A stretch of 63,809 bases of DNA, the filler included, from Klebsormidium nitens (taxonomy: Eukaryota; Plantae; Klebsormidiophyceae), in assembly GCA_000708835.1 (NCBI GenBank). It is 4 parts of 4 records of this genome, joined end to end, with 100 filler letters (N's around TTAATTAATTAA, not from the genome) between each part and the next. Parts side by side here need not be neighbours in the genome. Positions count along the whole stretch, not along the records: positions 1 to 29,504 come from DF237700.1; 3 more parts are not named here. One strand, given 5' to 3'. The notes under the pieces were generated by a model. The model saw only the letters and a program-made list of their open reading frames with translations, was not told the DNA's origin and did not search any database. Positions 1-12,160 of this stretch are shown here, one piece after another. Position 1 is the first letter of the stretch, and the number at the start of each line of letters is the position of its first letter. The position numbers were made by a program, and so were the translations under genes.

Positions 1-1003
1 AATTCAGACGCACAGGACAAAGCGTCTTCTTTGCTGAGATTCCTCTTTACAATCACCATATTCGAGGTTGTTTCAGGAGTATCATCCTGTTCTTTCTCCG
101 CTACTACCTTGTGTTTCATTGAGTTTCTGCTGCTGTGATTGCTGGTAATCAACGCATACCGATCAGCAAACAAGTGGAGGCACATTCATTAGATTGTCTG
201 CTTGAGTACCATCAGGCAAGCAAAAGCTGGGGCGTTGGAGCAGGGAAGCACGGCCCTGGCGTGCAGGTAACTGATCAATGCGGCTTGCCCTTTCAACTAT
301 GTCAGCACTTGTTTGTCAATATGGATTGGCAGACATTTACCCAAGCAATGCGGCACCACTAGGGAGAAGGTTGAATGCATAAAAGCCTTGTCCTCTTCTC
401 TCTGCTGCTCTTTTGGAGTGGCTCATCCTAGTTGGACGTCCAGCGGAGGGGCAGCGAAGGAGCTTCGCATGGTGGGGGGTTCTATACCCTGGAATGTTTT
501 GAAGCAATGGGGATTTACCACCGCCAATGTGAAATGAATTGTTTCATCATGGTTGATTGTGGCTGCTTTCAAGAATGGAGCTTGAAGTGTAAGGCCAATT
601 GTGGAAATACTCCATCAGGCTAAAAACACTGGACAGTTGATATTCATTGGGTAATAAACAAAAGGATGGAAGAATCCGTCTTTGATGATGCGATCTCTGC
701 ATCTGCTCTTGCACAAATTATCAAGCTTGCAGGAAACATAGTTACCTACCCACATCAGGCGCCTGGCTGTGAAGAAACTTTGAGACGTGATTGTTTTGTG
801 CCCCACGTTCGAGCTGTGGTCCCTTGTGTCTTGAATGCCCCGTTACGTGGCTTAGTGGCATCAGCAACTGTTCTCACCAGAGTTACTTACTTCCTGCACA
901 CAAGGGAGAGTTTGCGGAGGTGATTTGGAATCATGGTCCCTTGCCAAAAGGTATTTAAAGCCTTGTTTTTACTCTCCTGTTCCTCCAGGCCCTACCAAAC
1001 CAT

Positions 1004-4000
1004 ATGGCGGGCGGGGCAGCCGGTAAGGACAGCCTATCGCGTCCACCCCCCTGTTGATTCTCGGCTTCGCTTTCCAGCTACCTGTTCATGGAGAGAAGGT
1101 TCTCTGCACTGACAATACTTTGAGCAGGTTGTATCGGGTCAGCAGTCAGTGGTTCTATACTGGCATGAACTTGGTAGCTCAAGGCCACCGCAGAGGTCTG
1201 CGGCGGAACCACTGGCCATCTTGCCAGGGGGAACTGAAGCAATTGGTTCCAGACAAAATGAGAAAATGTCTTCCACAATTGCAAAGAAGTCTCAGCTTTT
1301 GCATTACCGCAGACACTGTACACAATAGACAAGTCTAATCTCTGGCTCGTATTGCAGCTAACGACGGGCCTGGCCAGGAGGTTGTGGGGAAGCCGGTGCG
1401 AAAAAAGTTTGGTAACAAGTTCTTCTCAGGCACAGTGGAGAACTACGACCCTGCGGAGAAGTGGTACAAGGTCAGTAAAGCGGGCGCGGTTCACTTCTTC
1501 CCCCTGGTTTTCACCCTCAAAACTCTTAAAAAGGACAAGCTGGTAAGGTGACGGGGTTCGTACGTCAACTGCACATACACTTGGAACTCACGGCCGAAGC
1601 TGGTGAAGGCAATGGAGACACCTTCAACTTGAGAAAAGGGATGCGACCATTACTTAAGCTCCTATTTACCCCTGGGTTTGGGGGGAGACTCTTCGGATCC
1701 ATGTTCCCTTGAGGCAAGCTACAGCACAGGTCCTCTGTTTGATCAACCAGCTGGTATGCGGAGAACCATGCCCTGCGTGAGCTCTTGATCGTACCTGCAC
1801 GAAGGAGGGAAACGGTCGTTCCACCAAGGTATTGAACTGAGTTGATAGCCGGTTGGTGCGGTGGCCCTACAGAACCATCAACAGCGACAAACCATATCCG
1901 CCGTAGCTGACACTGTTTCCCTCTGGTCCTCTCACATCACCCCCCCATGCCCTGTTACCTTTGGCCGGGCTCCTTTCTGCCGAATGAACCTGGTCGATGG
2001 CTTTTCCCTCTTGCATGCCCTGATTATAGTTACGTGACGCGTGCTGTGCAGGTCACATATGAGGACGGGGATACGGAGGAGGTGGACTGGGCGGAACTGT
2101 CCAAGCTAGTAGCAAACGCGGAGGCCAAGTCTCCTGCCAAGCGCAAGGCAACTCCGGCGAAGGCGCCTGCGGCGAAAAAGGCAAAGGCTGTAGAAGGTGA
2201 GGAACTCGGGGGCGGCTGCCTGGCTGTAGAACAACAAGATGGGTTTCAGTGTCTGGGTTCGATTCTGGGAGGATTGTTGGAATTTCAGATGCTCACAATC
2301 CAGTGGGTCTGGCACGTTTTGCAGTGTGAGACCTGTGGAACGGTGACGCCCCTTAGGCTTATGTTGTGGCACAGAAGGCTTCAATACTCACGACTGATCT
2401 GGCCCTAGAGCATGCAAGTCCTCCTCTCGAAGTTTCCTAACGGATCCAGTACGAAATCTGCCGACCTTTCAAGGCCGCCACCCGCTCGCCTGGCCCTCAC
2501 GACTCTGCATCTTTGGTGCGCAGCTCCGGCCGAGAAGCAGACAGTGGGCGTCAAGCAGGTTGCAACTGGGGGGCCCGGGCAGGGGCGAAACGTTGCTAAG
2601 CGGGTGTCAGTAGCGACGCCCAAAGCGCGGGAGGCGGCCGCCGCAGCCAAGAAACCGGTGGCGAGGGCCAAGAAAGCAGCGGCCTCCAAGAGCTCAGAGT
2701 GAGGCCTCTCCGCCCACTGTGAAGGATCTCGAGCGGCTTATCAACAATGCTGCGACTGGCCGTCAAACTCCATGGATGTTCGGTTGATGTCTCACAAGTT
2801 CATTGTTTGGCTTGTCTCTCTGGGGAACGTCTTTGTAGAGCGCCTGTCAAAAGTCAATCGTAGCTGGCTCTGCCGCCATTGCCTCGCGAACAGTCTTTGC
2901 TGAAAGTCTTTCGAGGGAGATTCATTGTCCAAACAGCTGCATGGCAGCGGAGAAATCCCTACAGACGGACGGGACCATGCAAGCTCATGACAAACAGAGG
3001 GACACCCAAGTCTCTCGTTGCTTGACGTTGTCTCATTCTTCCCAGAGGGTGAATCTCATTACTAGCAGATGGATAAGCTTGTTACCGTTTTCGGGCGTTC
3101 TGATGGGTGACGTTGCGTTTAAGTGGACGAGCCCGCTTCTTATGCTTATTCAGTCGGGTGCGTTATATACTCCGCGCTGACATGGGCGTTCTGGTGGGTG
3201 CAGTGTTGCGGCTCCGGAGGGGCAGGGTCGGAACGTGATTGGGCGCAGAGTTCGCAAAAAGTTTGAGGACATTGGCGCCTACTACACGGGACACGTCAAT
3301 GGATACGACCCGAAAGTTGCCTACTACAAGGTGAGCGTACAACCCTCGCAAGCTGGGGCCGGCCAGCGGACTAGTCTAGGCAGGCACGGCATTGGCTCCG
3401 GGAGCGTTGCTTGGCATCGAAAAGTCGTCAGGACGTGCGACCGGGGGACAGGTACGGTTCTAAGCGTGAGTGTTGGATCGGAACGGCTCTCTTGTGTTTA
3501 GCGCAGGGCCGAGCTTGCGCTAAAGCGATCTTGGGTGATTGACCAGGAGAACATCTCCACCGCTTTGTGACCTCCACATGTCAATGACGACGACCTTCAT
3601 TGAAACGGCTTCCTTCTTGTGGCCGCGAATCTTGAAGCCTTCCACTGTCGATTGGAGAGCCGCTTTCTTCAAGAGGTAGTCGAGGCCAAATTAAGGACAA
3701 TTGCGGTGGGTCTGTGGTCGCGTGTCAGCCGCGGTGCGCATGCGCAGGTGGAGTACGACGACGGCGATGCCGAGGAGATGGAGTGGGACGAGCTCAGCAT
3801 GTGGCTTGTGGACGAGAACGGCACAGAAGCAGGCCCGAGTGCGCCGGTGAGTAAGCGCGTGCGGCTAAGCACGGCCCGTTCTGAACGTCTGAAGTGTTTG
3901 ATACCCCTTTGAGGACCCTCGTTCTTCGCCGTGCCGTTCGTAAGGCCGGGTGCTTGGGTTTGGTCAAAGCGCTCCCCTCGGAGTCAGCGGATTGCGGACT

Positions 4001-4612
4001 TGCGAACGCAGAGTAAAGACTAGCGTGGCCTGCTTAGCGACCAATCCCGAGAAGGACCTTGTGAGGCTCGCCAGGGGCAAATTCTGGCCTCGTATGTCAT
4101 GCACGTGGGCGAGACGAGCCCGTTTTTGTTGCTCTACCATTTGGGCTTTGCATTTCATCAGCGTCGGGGGACTCGTGTTTTTGAAAGCTGCAAATTTCTT
4201 TGAAGCTCCATCAGTGTTGCGAGAAGAGACTGTGTGGGCCCAAGGGAGGCCCGAGCTGCAGTCTCTTACGACCCCTCCTTGCTGCTGCAAACGCGTGTGC
4301 ATCTTGATCAGAGCGCACTTCACGCTTTCGTGCTGGCGGACGTGTGAGGATTATACTGCTCTGTTGTCGAATCGTCCTCCTTGCGAAGCACATTTCTTTA
4401 AGTAATTCCCTCGAGTAAAGCGTTGCGCTGTTTGTGGCAGGCTGCGGCTGCTTCCCCGGGCCCGTCCTCGGGCAAGAAACAGGTGCTTGAAATCAGAAAG
4501 AGTGAGTCGCCCCCCCTGATCCCGGCTCTCGTATTTCCAGGCGCCAGCGCCGGCCGCCACGGCTTCCCCTGCTAAGGCCAGAAAGGGCACCGCCGCCAGC
4601 TCTCAAAAGTAG
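1004..4612 (+). CDS. Tandem Tudor-domain (PTM/DIR17-like) protein with Lys/Ala/Pro-rich linkers; may have further upstream exons
   Basis: Exons ~1004-1022, 1358-1470, 2052-2196, 2524-2698, 3204-3330, 3748-3846, 4441-4482 and 4541-4612 join in phase via GT-AG. They give VGKPVRKKFGNKFFSGTVENYDPAEKWYK|VTYEDGDTEEVDWAEL and IGRRVRKKFEDIGAYYTGHVNGYDPKVAYYK|VEYDDGDAEEMEWDEL, the plant RKKF..G.V..YD....Y.V.YEDGD.EE Tudor pattern. An in-frame acceptor at 989 means the ATG may be internal. Confidence 0.8.
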
Positions 4613-6687
4613 GCGCAGGACCCTCTTAACGAGCCTTGTTTCGAGAGTCATTGTCTTGGCATGGCACGAGTGTTGGCAAGCTGGAAGCAGGCGATAGAAC
4701 CATTTCGACCGTATCTTCTGAGTCGCAAATCATGTTGGTTCTCATCGTCATTGCTGCCAGCTTTGGCACTTTGAAGCTGGAACTTCTTTCTCAATTCAAA
4801 AGTGTCTGCTTAATTGAATAAGCCGACTTTTCTTCATCTTGCAGGGAACCGGGAGTGATCCTGATAGATTAGGAATAGCTGCGGCTCATTTAGAGCTTTG
4901 TCTCAGACAATCAAACGATGACAAGCAGATTGTGGATGTTGGAACATTGGATGGAACAGATCTGCAAAGACAGACACCAGTTCCGGCCTTCATAAAGTTG
5001 CCAGCATGAATGAACGTAGGTTCGTGTCGGACATCCCGACTTTGTGCCAAGTTTCTAGTACAGTCCCTTGCCATAGAACAAAAGCTTTGCGTGGAATTGA
5101 CTCGAACGTTGCGTCGTACTTGTGAGTACCCTGAAGATCAACATTGATCTTCAGAATACCTCGTCAGCCAGGTACGGTCCACTCGCGCAAAACAAGGTCG
5201 ATTCATGATTCGATCTTCAACGTTGCAAGCGCAAGCTGTTGATTATAGCAGTACTGGTCTTGATGATGCAGCTTACAAGGGGGGGCGCCATTCGGTTGAA
5301 AAGGGTCTCTTCTTTAAGTTCGGTCCGACTCCGCTCGGGTGTGTGTAAGTCTGGCGCTCCTGGCTACATGACGGCAGCTGTCGCACGGCTCTACGAGTAA
5401 CCTGATTGGACGAGCACTGAGCCAGTGTTAAATGCGTCTTCATCTTCCCAGTACGTGCATGTACGATTATGTTGAACTTGTAGTTTCGCGAGAGCCGGTG
5501 CTCCGACGACAAAACTTGAAACGCCAGCGCGAGCCGCCCACTGAGTCTGCTGCGCATATATATGTACAGTACTCAAAATACTTTACGACAAAGTATAGTA
5601 GCACATGTGTGTTCAATAATTCGTCATGGTCGCTCATGGCGCAGAATCGCGTTCATTAGTAAGTTGATTGAACCCCATATGCATGCCTCCAGTACGAGCC
5701 GCGTCAGTGCCTGCTTGATATATCGGCATGTCGGCGGGCCACTGGCAGCCGTGCATGGCGGTTGCATTAGCGGCCTTAGCGCCGCCGCTTAGATAGGTGA
5801 GTCCAGGGTGCAAAGTTAGCGTGCCAGTGCAAAACAATAAGTTATAAACTCTGAAGCTCCGCGTATGTTATGAGAACGATCAAAATTGGATTCACCAAAT
5901 TGCATTGCAACGTACACCGGCCGCCGGTGACTTGATATTGTACATACGTGCACCCATGCCGCCATGGCATATGGATCGAACTTAGAAACCGTTGCCATCA
6001 TCACACCGCGATTGCCTGGCAAGGCGGATGTTGGATCGATCAATAATTGGTATACGAACGTTATCAGCTCGCAGCTGCCGCCGTGGCAGAATCATCTCCC
6101 GGCCTGGCATGCGCATGATATTAAACGATCGGAAGTGACGGTCTTCAACACTTGCACGGCTGAAGTATTCCCGATAATTTGAAGTTGTGCACATCAAGTC
6201 GATATTGAAGAGACTTCTCAATGTATGCGTTATGCATTTACTGAAAGGCTTGGCCCAATCATTCAATGCCGCGCGCACAGTACTTGAAATTCAAATGAAA
6301 AGTAAATTCAAGCTAGAACATCACCATCGGCTCATCATTTAAGCCGAAGCTCATCTCAACCCACCGCTGACATCGGATTGATCTGCCAACTTATCCAGTT
6401 GCCCACAGCAGCGCAATTGTTTGTATCCGTGCGCAATGATCTCCTCAAATTAGAAACGCTCGTACTCCATACAAGCAGAGAGCTGATGACTCGGGCGGAA
6501 ACCATGTATACAAACGGATTTTACCACCCACGAAAGCTCTCGTCCATTGTCGATACTACCACTCTCATGGTGTTCAAAATCTCTTCAACAAACGCCAGGG
6601 CGCTTTCGAAAGCGACTTAAGGGTTGGACGAGCAAACCTTACTCATCCCGAGATCTAGATCTGTACATACCTTCTCCCTGCATGCGT

Positions 6688-9600
6688 CTACATATCGAAG
6701 AACCCTTTGACTGCGTGATCGAAGAAGTCGCTTGCCGCCTTCTCAACGTCCGCCGCCGACAGCACGCTGCTCTTCTTGGGGCGGGTCAAGATCATGGCCT
6801 CGTGGGCGCGCGCGTGGAGCACCTTCTTCTCGACCTCGGGGTCCACGTTGAAGCCTGCAGCAGGCGAACAATATCTGGCCTATTGGAAAGAAGTAAGGAA
6901 CTGGGAATTGTCACGTTACCTCGACGCCTCGTTTGAGAGCCCATGATATACCTATTAAAAGGAACAAATCGAAGAACTGGAGTCTGGTATCAAAGGGTGC
7001 AGAGTAAAGGATTTTAAAATCCTCTGGTATGTTTTAACACTTCTTTCCTTCACTGAAACCGTTGAAGCTCCCGAACCCGCAAATGAAGAACTCTTCTGCA
7101 ATTCCTCCCTATTGGATCCGCATTTTCTTCCCAACCGACCAGAATGGCAGATTAACCTGTTGTAACACCATCCATCCTCGGCTACAAGTGCAGTTGATTC
7201 ACAACCATTTTTGTCCAGTAATCGATGACGGGTCGGCCGGCTCACCCGCCACGAGGACGTCGAAGGGGAAGGCCTTGTACACGGAGTTGGCCCCCGCCAG
7301 GAAGAACGACAGCGGAGCGGGGCTGGTCATGACGTCCACCCACTCCAGCGGGGCGGCCCGGGCAGCCAGCTTGGCGGCCGGGAAGTGCTTGGGGATTACA
7401 ACCAGGTCGCCCTCTCCGACCGCCCGGTCGAGCACGGTCTTTCCCCCGGGCCCGGCCACCTGGATGCGGCCTTTGCCCCGGGTGAAGTACACGATGTGGT
7501 GCGCGTTCGCGGACCACGTAGGAGCAAACAGGGCGTCCTGCGCAGATGGAAAGAGTGCTTCAGCAGAAATTGCAAGGGCTTTGGATAAGATCAACCAATA
7601 CTAGAAGCGCCACTTGAGACTCTGATGGAGGCGGAGGTGTAAGGTTGCGTCAAGGTGGTGACGACAGCTCAATTGCCCGCCTTTGATCGTGAAGTTCGAC
7701 GACTGAGTCCTATCTTGATTCCATGTTCGTGCCGATACCACAACTGTCGAGATGGCGGAACGGTAGTCGACGGCAGGAAATGAACAATTGCTCTGTGGTA
7801 TGGCGATTGAGATACGAACGGAAAATTGCATAACACCCTTGATTCTTGCCTTCGACGCGGCTTGATGTGAGATACGTCGGGTTTAAAACGCCATTGTGAT
7901 TCCGGGAAGCCTGGAAAATTCAGCTGCCTTCGACAGGATGGGAGACGCTGAGGGCTTGCAAACGCAAAGCGATGAAACGGCATCTTTTCCTCGATCTCTC
8001 TTGACCTCAGACGACATTCTCTTACCGGCTTCAGCTTCGTGTGCGCGGCACTCAGGCCAATCGTCTCGAGGATGGGCAGCTTGAACTTGGTCACAAAGTT
8101 GAGAGACCCGCCGCGGGTGACCACCTCCGCCTGCGTGTGCTCCAAATTGAAGCTGAAGTCGCCGAAGAACGTGTTGGGCTCCGGCTCCGCGGGCGCGCGC
8201 GCGCTCTCCTTCTTTTCGACCTTGATGATGCCGGCGCCCTTCTGGCTGGTCAGCAGCTTCTCCACCGTCGCCTCGTCCACGTTCCACGCGGCCGCGAGCA
8301 CGTCCTTGGAGAAGCCGTTGATAACCGGCGCCAAAGTCTCGTCCTCGCGGTTGCCGAACAGGAAGAAGATCTGCGCAGAAAGTTGCGATGGTCACCAAGC
8401 TGAAGGAAGAAGGTGCATACGCCTGATAACCGGAAAACAACGGAGCCAAAAATGGAGAAGTTTTATGCTCCCGCAACCCCAAGATCTTGGTTATGAAAGC
8501 TCCAACCAGCTCGCAGGTCACCCCCGGAGGTCGTCAACGGAACTTGGACGTGGCCCACTTGAAAAACACTTTTCCTCGTTCCATCCGCCAGCTTGAGCAT
8601 ACAATCCAATCTAACTAAATGTCGCTCGCGCCTAAATTCAACCCGAAACGCTCTGCTTATTTCGGAAGACCGTAAGTTTGCTTGTTCACACGAGCTTCGT
8701 GTGCCAACACTTGAGCTATCCTGAAGCAGCCCGGCCACCTCGCCCTTGTTCTAGATTCTTGGAACTGAGCTGCAGAGTACACTTTCTACTCGTGTGGTTT
8801 GAATTAGCAACCTTTTCTCTTTGCTTTCATCTCACCGAGGCGTTCATCGCCCCTTTCCCCCGCGTGTTGCTGAGATCCGCCACGCCCAGCGCCCGGAACT
8901 TGTCTTGGCCGTCGTTGTGCACTCCGAGCACAAAGCCCTCGGGGACCGCCACGACGTCACCCTGATGCAGCCGGTGCAGATTGCTGGGGCCCAGGGAAGT
9001 TACCAGCCGGGCCATGGCACTCCCTGCAATCAGGTGGGCACCCGTTACGGCAGTCTCGCACACGAAACTCGCTTGGTTCCCATATGATCTCCATGAGGGT
9101 GCAAGTTTGTGACGGTCGCTCTTTCAGCAACACGAGTCATGTGCCTTTAGGGCAGATTTGGCTAAATTAGAATACGTAGAATGAAAAGAAGGAGGCGTTC
9201 CTGCTTCAAAAGATGCGACACAGTAATGCAAAGCGCGATGAGTTGGTCTGCTCAGCATCTTAGAGTGACAAGCGCAGCAACCCAAACAGGCTTTCAGGTT
9301 TTCAACTCGTGATCGAGAAAAAGTATGTGAGTCCTATAGATGGACACCCGTTGACTCCATTGTTCAGTGCTCACTGATTGATAATCAGCAAAACCTAGGT
9401 AACGAAATGCACATGCTTGATGGCTACGAAGGCGAGTTGTGAGTACACCGCAATCTGCAGATAACTACATACGATCAAACCGTTCACAGAAAAGTGCCAA
9501 ACTTGTGCATCACGCAGCCCACACGCAACCCACACCCTGAAAAAACCATGAAGATGAAAACTGTGTCATGCGGCCATTTTGCAACATAATGTTGTGCCCC

Positions 9601-9855
9601 CCCACCTTCCACGACGTAGAGCAGCGACGGCGTGTTCATGTACCGCGGCAGCAGCACCCCCTGCGGCTCCAGTGTCACCTCCACCGCACCCGCCGCCGCG
9701 TAGTGCCCCAGCGCGCTGTCCGGCTCCCACTGCTTGATGCACCCGCCCTCGGTCTTGAGGATCTCGGTCGGCCCGCGGGGGACCAGGTCCATGCCGCAGC
9801 AGACCCCCGCCAGGAGAAGAGCGACCAGAAGGGCCAGAACGGCAAACCGCGCCAT
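6688..9855 (-). CDS. Secreted bicupin, 11S globulin/legumin/glutelin-like
   Basis: Exons ~9855-9606, 9023-8836, 8370-8026, 7537-7246 and 6854-6688. Signal peptide MARFAVLALLVALLLAGVCCG. First cupin: LLPRYMNTPSLLYVVEG and HRLHQGDVVAVPEG. Second cupin: APTWSANAHHIVYFTRGKGRIQV, GDLVVIPKHF and SFFLAGANSVYKA. Confidence 0.88.
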
Positions 9856-12160
9856 GGCGTCAGAGCGCGTCTGGTAAAATTGAAATGACGGGTGCGCTGA
9901 CTAAAGCACCCCTGCAGTCTTGATCAAGTCTCGCTGGGGGACGCTACGAAAACAGGATACTTTGCATGGGTTGAAGCGATGGACGAGCCACTCTGGACGA
10001 CAAGCTGTAATGCATTCCTCGTCGAATACAATGTGTCGAGCAAGACCTCGCGTCCTCCTGCCAGATCTCCTCGTTCACTTCCTCGCTCAAGCGATTCGTC
10101 TGTTAGACAGCTCAGATGGGCGCTAGCCTAATTTAAAGCTGACAGAACCCGTCTTTTTGTTGAGCAGTTGAGGAGCTCGCGCGCACAGCCTGAGTAGATG
10201 CCGGGTATTGTCAGGCTCCAAGCTCCAGACACCTACTGCAAATTCGTCGACATACTGTGCGAGTGCCGGACGAGCCTGGCAACTCAATTCTTGCAAACCA
10301 CTATGGCCTTCTGAACACCACCGCAGGAGTTTTGAGGGGCCAAAGAGCAGTATCAATGTCCGGGTACACGAGAGGTCTTGCTATAGAGGCAGGCTCGGAC
10401 AATTACTTTGGAACCAATCGGAATACAGAGTGCATTTACGTGAAGGCATCTCAGAGATGTGGTTACAAAAAGGCGGCTGCTCAATAGGCGGAATGACGAT
10501 GAGAGTTGGTTAAGCGACTGGATTTCGAGTACGCAAACCAGCCTGCGCAGAACTAACCGAGCGGGTTACATGCACGATTTTTCGGGGTGCGTGGTGCAGG
10601 CGTGCAGAGCGTGACATTCGAGAGGCAGTGATTTGCCTTTAAGGGCCCCACTTCACGGCGCCAACGCGTGCATGCTTGAGCATATCGCGAGAGTGAAGTG
10701 GAACGGAATCCAAGAAGCGGCCTGGGGCCGGTGCGTCTTCGACTCGCGAAGGTACTGCACAAATTAGCACGGAGACGCATTGAGTGCATGCCCGGAACTC
10801 GTGCCAGAGGCCATGCAACTTGGTTCGGTGGCAGCCCTGCCAATTAAATAGTCGCGGCGAGATCATGTCTAGCTCGGAGCCTTCAATCAGATTCATCATG
10901 ATTAACCTCCTTGGACAGCCTAGCTGGAGCTGAGCATGTGCGCATCCATTTGGCATGATGCACAATCAAGAGCCGATCGTGATTGACTCCATACGTGTGA
11001 TGCCCGCGTTCGATCTTGCCATGCGCAACGGTATATAATCACAGGCTCATGCCAGATATGTGTATAGTGAGATTGCCAAGGTCCGATGCATACCAAATCC
11101 TTTAAATATGCTGGTCCTGAAGCAACTCCCAGTCCCGAACCGGGAGTCCGATCTTTCATTTGCACGTGTACAAAGGTATTGCTCATCAACTCCCTCTCAT
11201 GTCGACATGTCCGACGGTTATATGTCGATATATCCGGCCCGGGCCGATAATTTCAGTAACAGAGTATCGAATTCGAGGGCGACATGAACCCAGGCGTGGT
11301 ATGCATGTTGAGAGTACATCTGGACCACATCACACGCATGGTTATATATACGTTTGCCCAATCTAAGTAAAGTGCAGTTTTTGTGCTGATCGGGCTTTCA
11401 GGGCGTCCCGGCTTCGAATCCTCAAATCTGTGCCCCTAAGGTGCAGAAGAATGCGCGCGCTAGAACGCCACCTTAGTCCCTTTCAGTCCGCGAAACGACC
11501 TCGGATGCAGGACAAGATAGCAATCCGATAATGATTGCCGGAACCCGGGAGAAAGTTATAGACGAATTAAACCCTAATCGTGTGGTGATATCACAAATTT
11601 GCATGTAGCACAGACCTTATAACGTTCGACGAGCTGTGTTCGATGCCGAATTAAGTCCCAGCCATTTCGCCCCTAGCAACGTGCCGCCAGAATCTGGGCC
11701 CGGATATAACCTACATGATCGCCTCTTATCTGCTCAATCAGGTAGCTCATCAGACGATCGAAGCAATCTGCCCCGGCCGGCATGCAGTGATGTGACCGTA
11801 TTGAAGCGAAGGTCCTCAATCGATGTTGAATAATATAATGTAACTCATTGTCCGCAATCCTCCTTGCCCTCAAGCTTTCACAGCTAACGCACGCTAGTCA
11901 ACGAAAGAATACTTATGACACTCCGATGGTGGTGATTAGCCCTTCTAGTACGGCGTTTCTTCCGATGGTAACTGCAATTTGGAATCAAGGCGACGCTTGG
12001 GCAGTGTCGGTTGCGTACGACAATGTGCCTAGGCCTACGTCAATATTCCTAAAAATCGAACTTTGCCCATGCACGCTCCCTAAGCAAGGCTCGTGCTCTC
12101 ACTTGAAAGTCAGAAGTGGCCAATGGCATGGACAAAGGACCCCCCGCCTAGGCTGTGCCT

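Noticed and set aside
1-960. Possible highly decayed LINE reverse transcriptase on the minus strand (HLFAD, FLKAATINH, LNTFWQG.MIP fragments)
   Set aside because: The motifs are scattered over different frames with many stops and could be chance. A TBLASTN or HMM search is needed before calling it.
2699-2702. TGA suggesting two separate tandem Tudor genes
   Set aside because: A GTGAGG donor at 2699 gives phase 2, which matches the acceptor at 3204. A single gene is more parsimonious, pending cDNA.
5280-5350. GC-rich stretch superficially like a tRNA or SINE head
   Set aside because: It has no cloverleaf and no proper A/B boxes. I found no tRNA, rRNA, snRNA or CRISPR array in the window.
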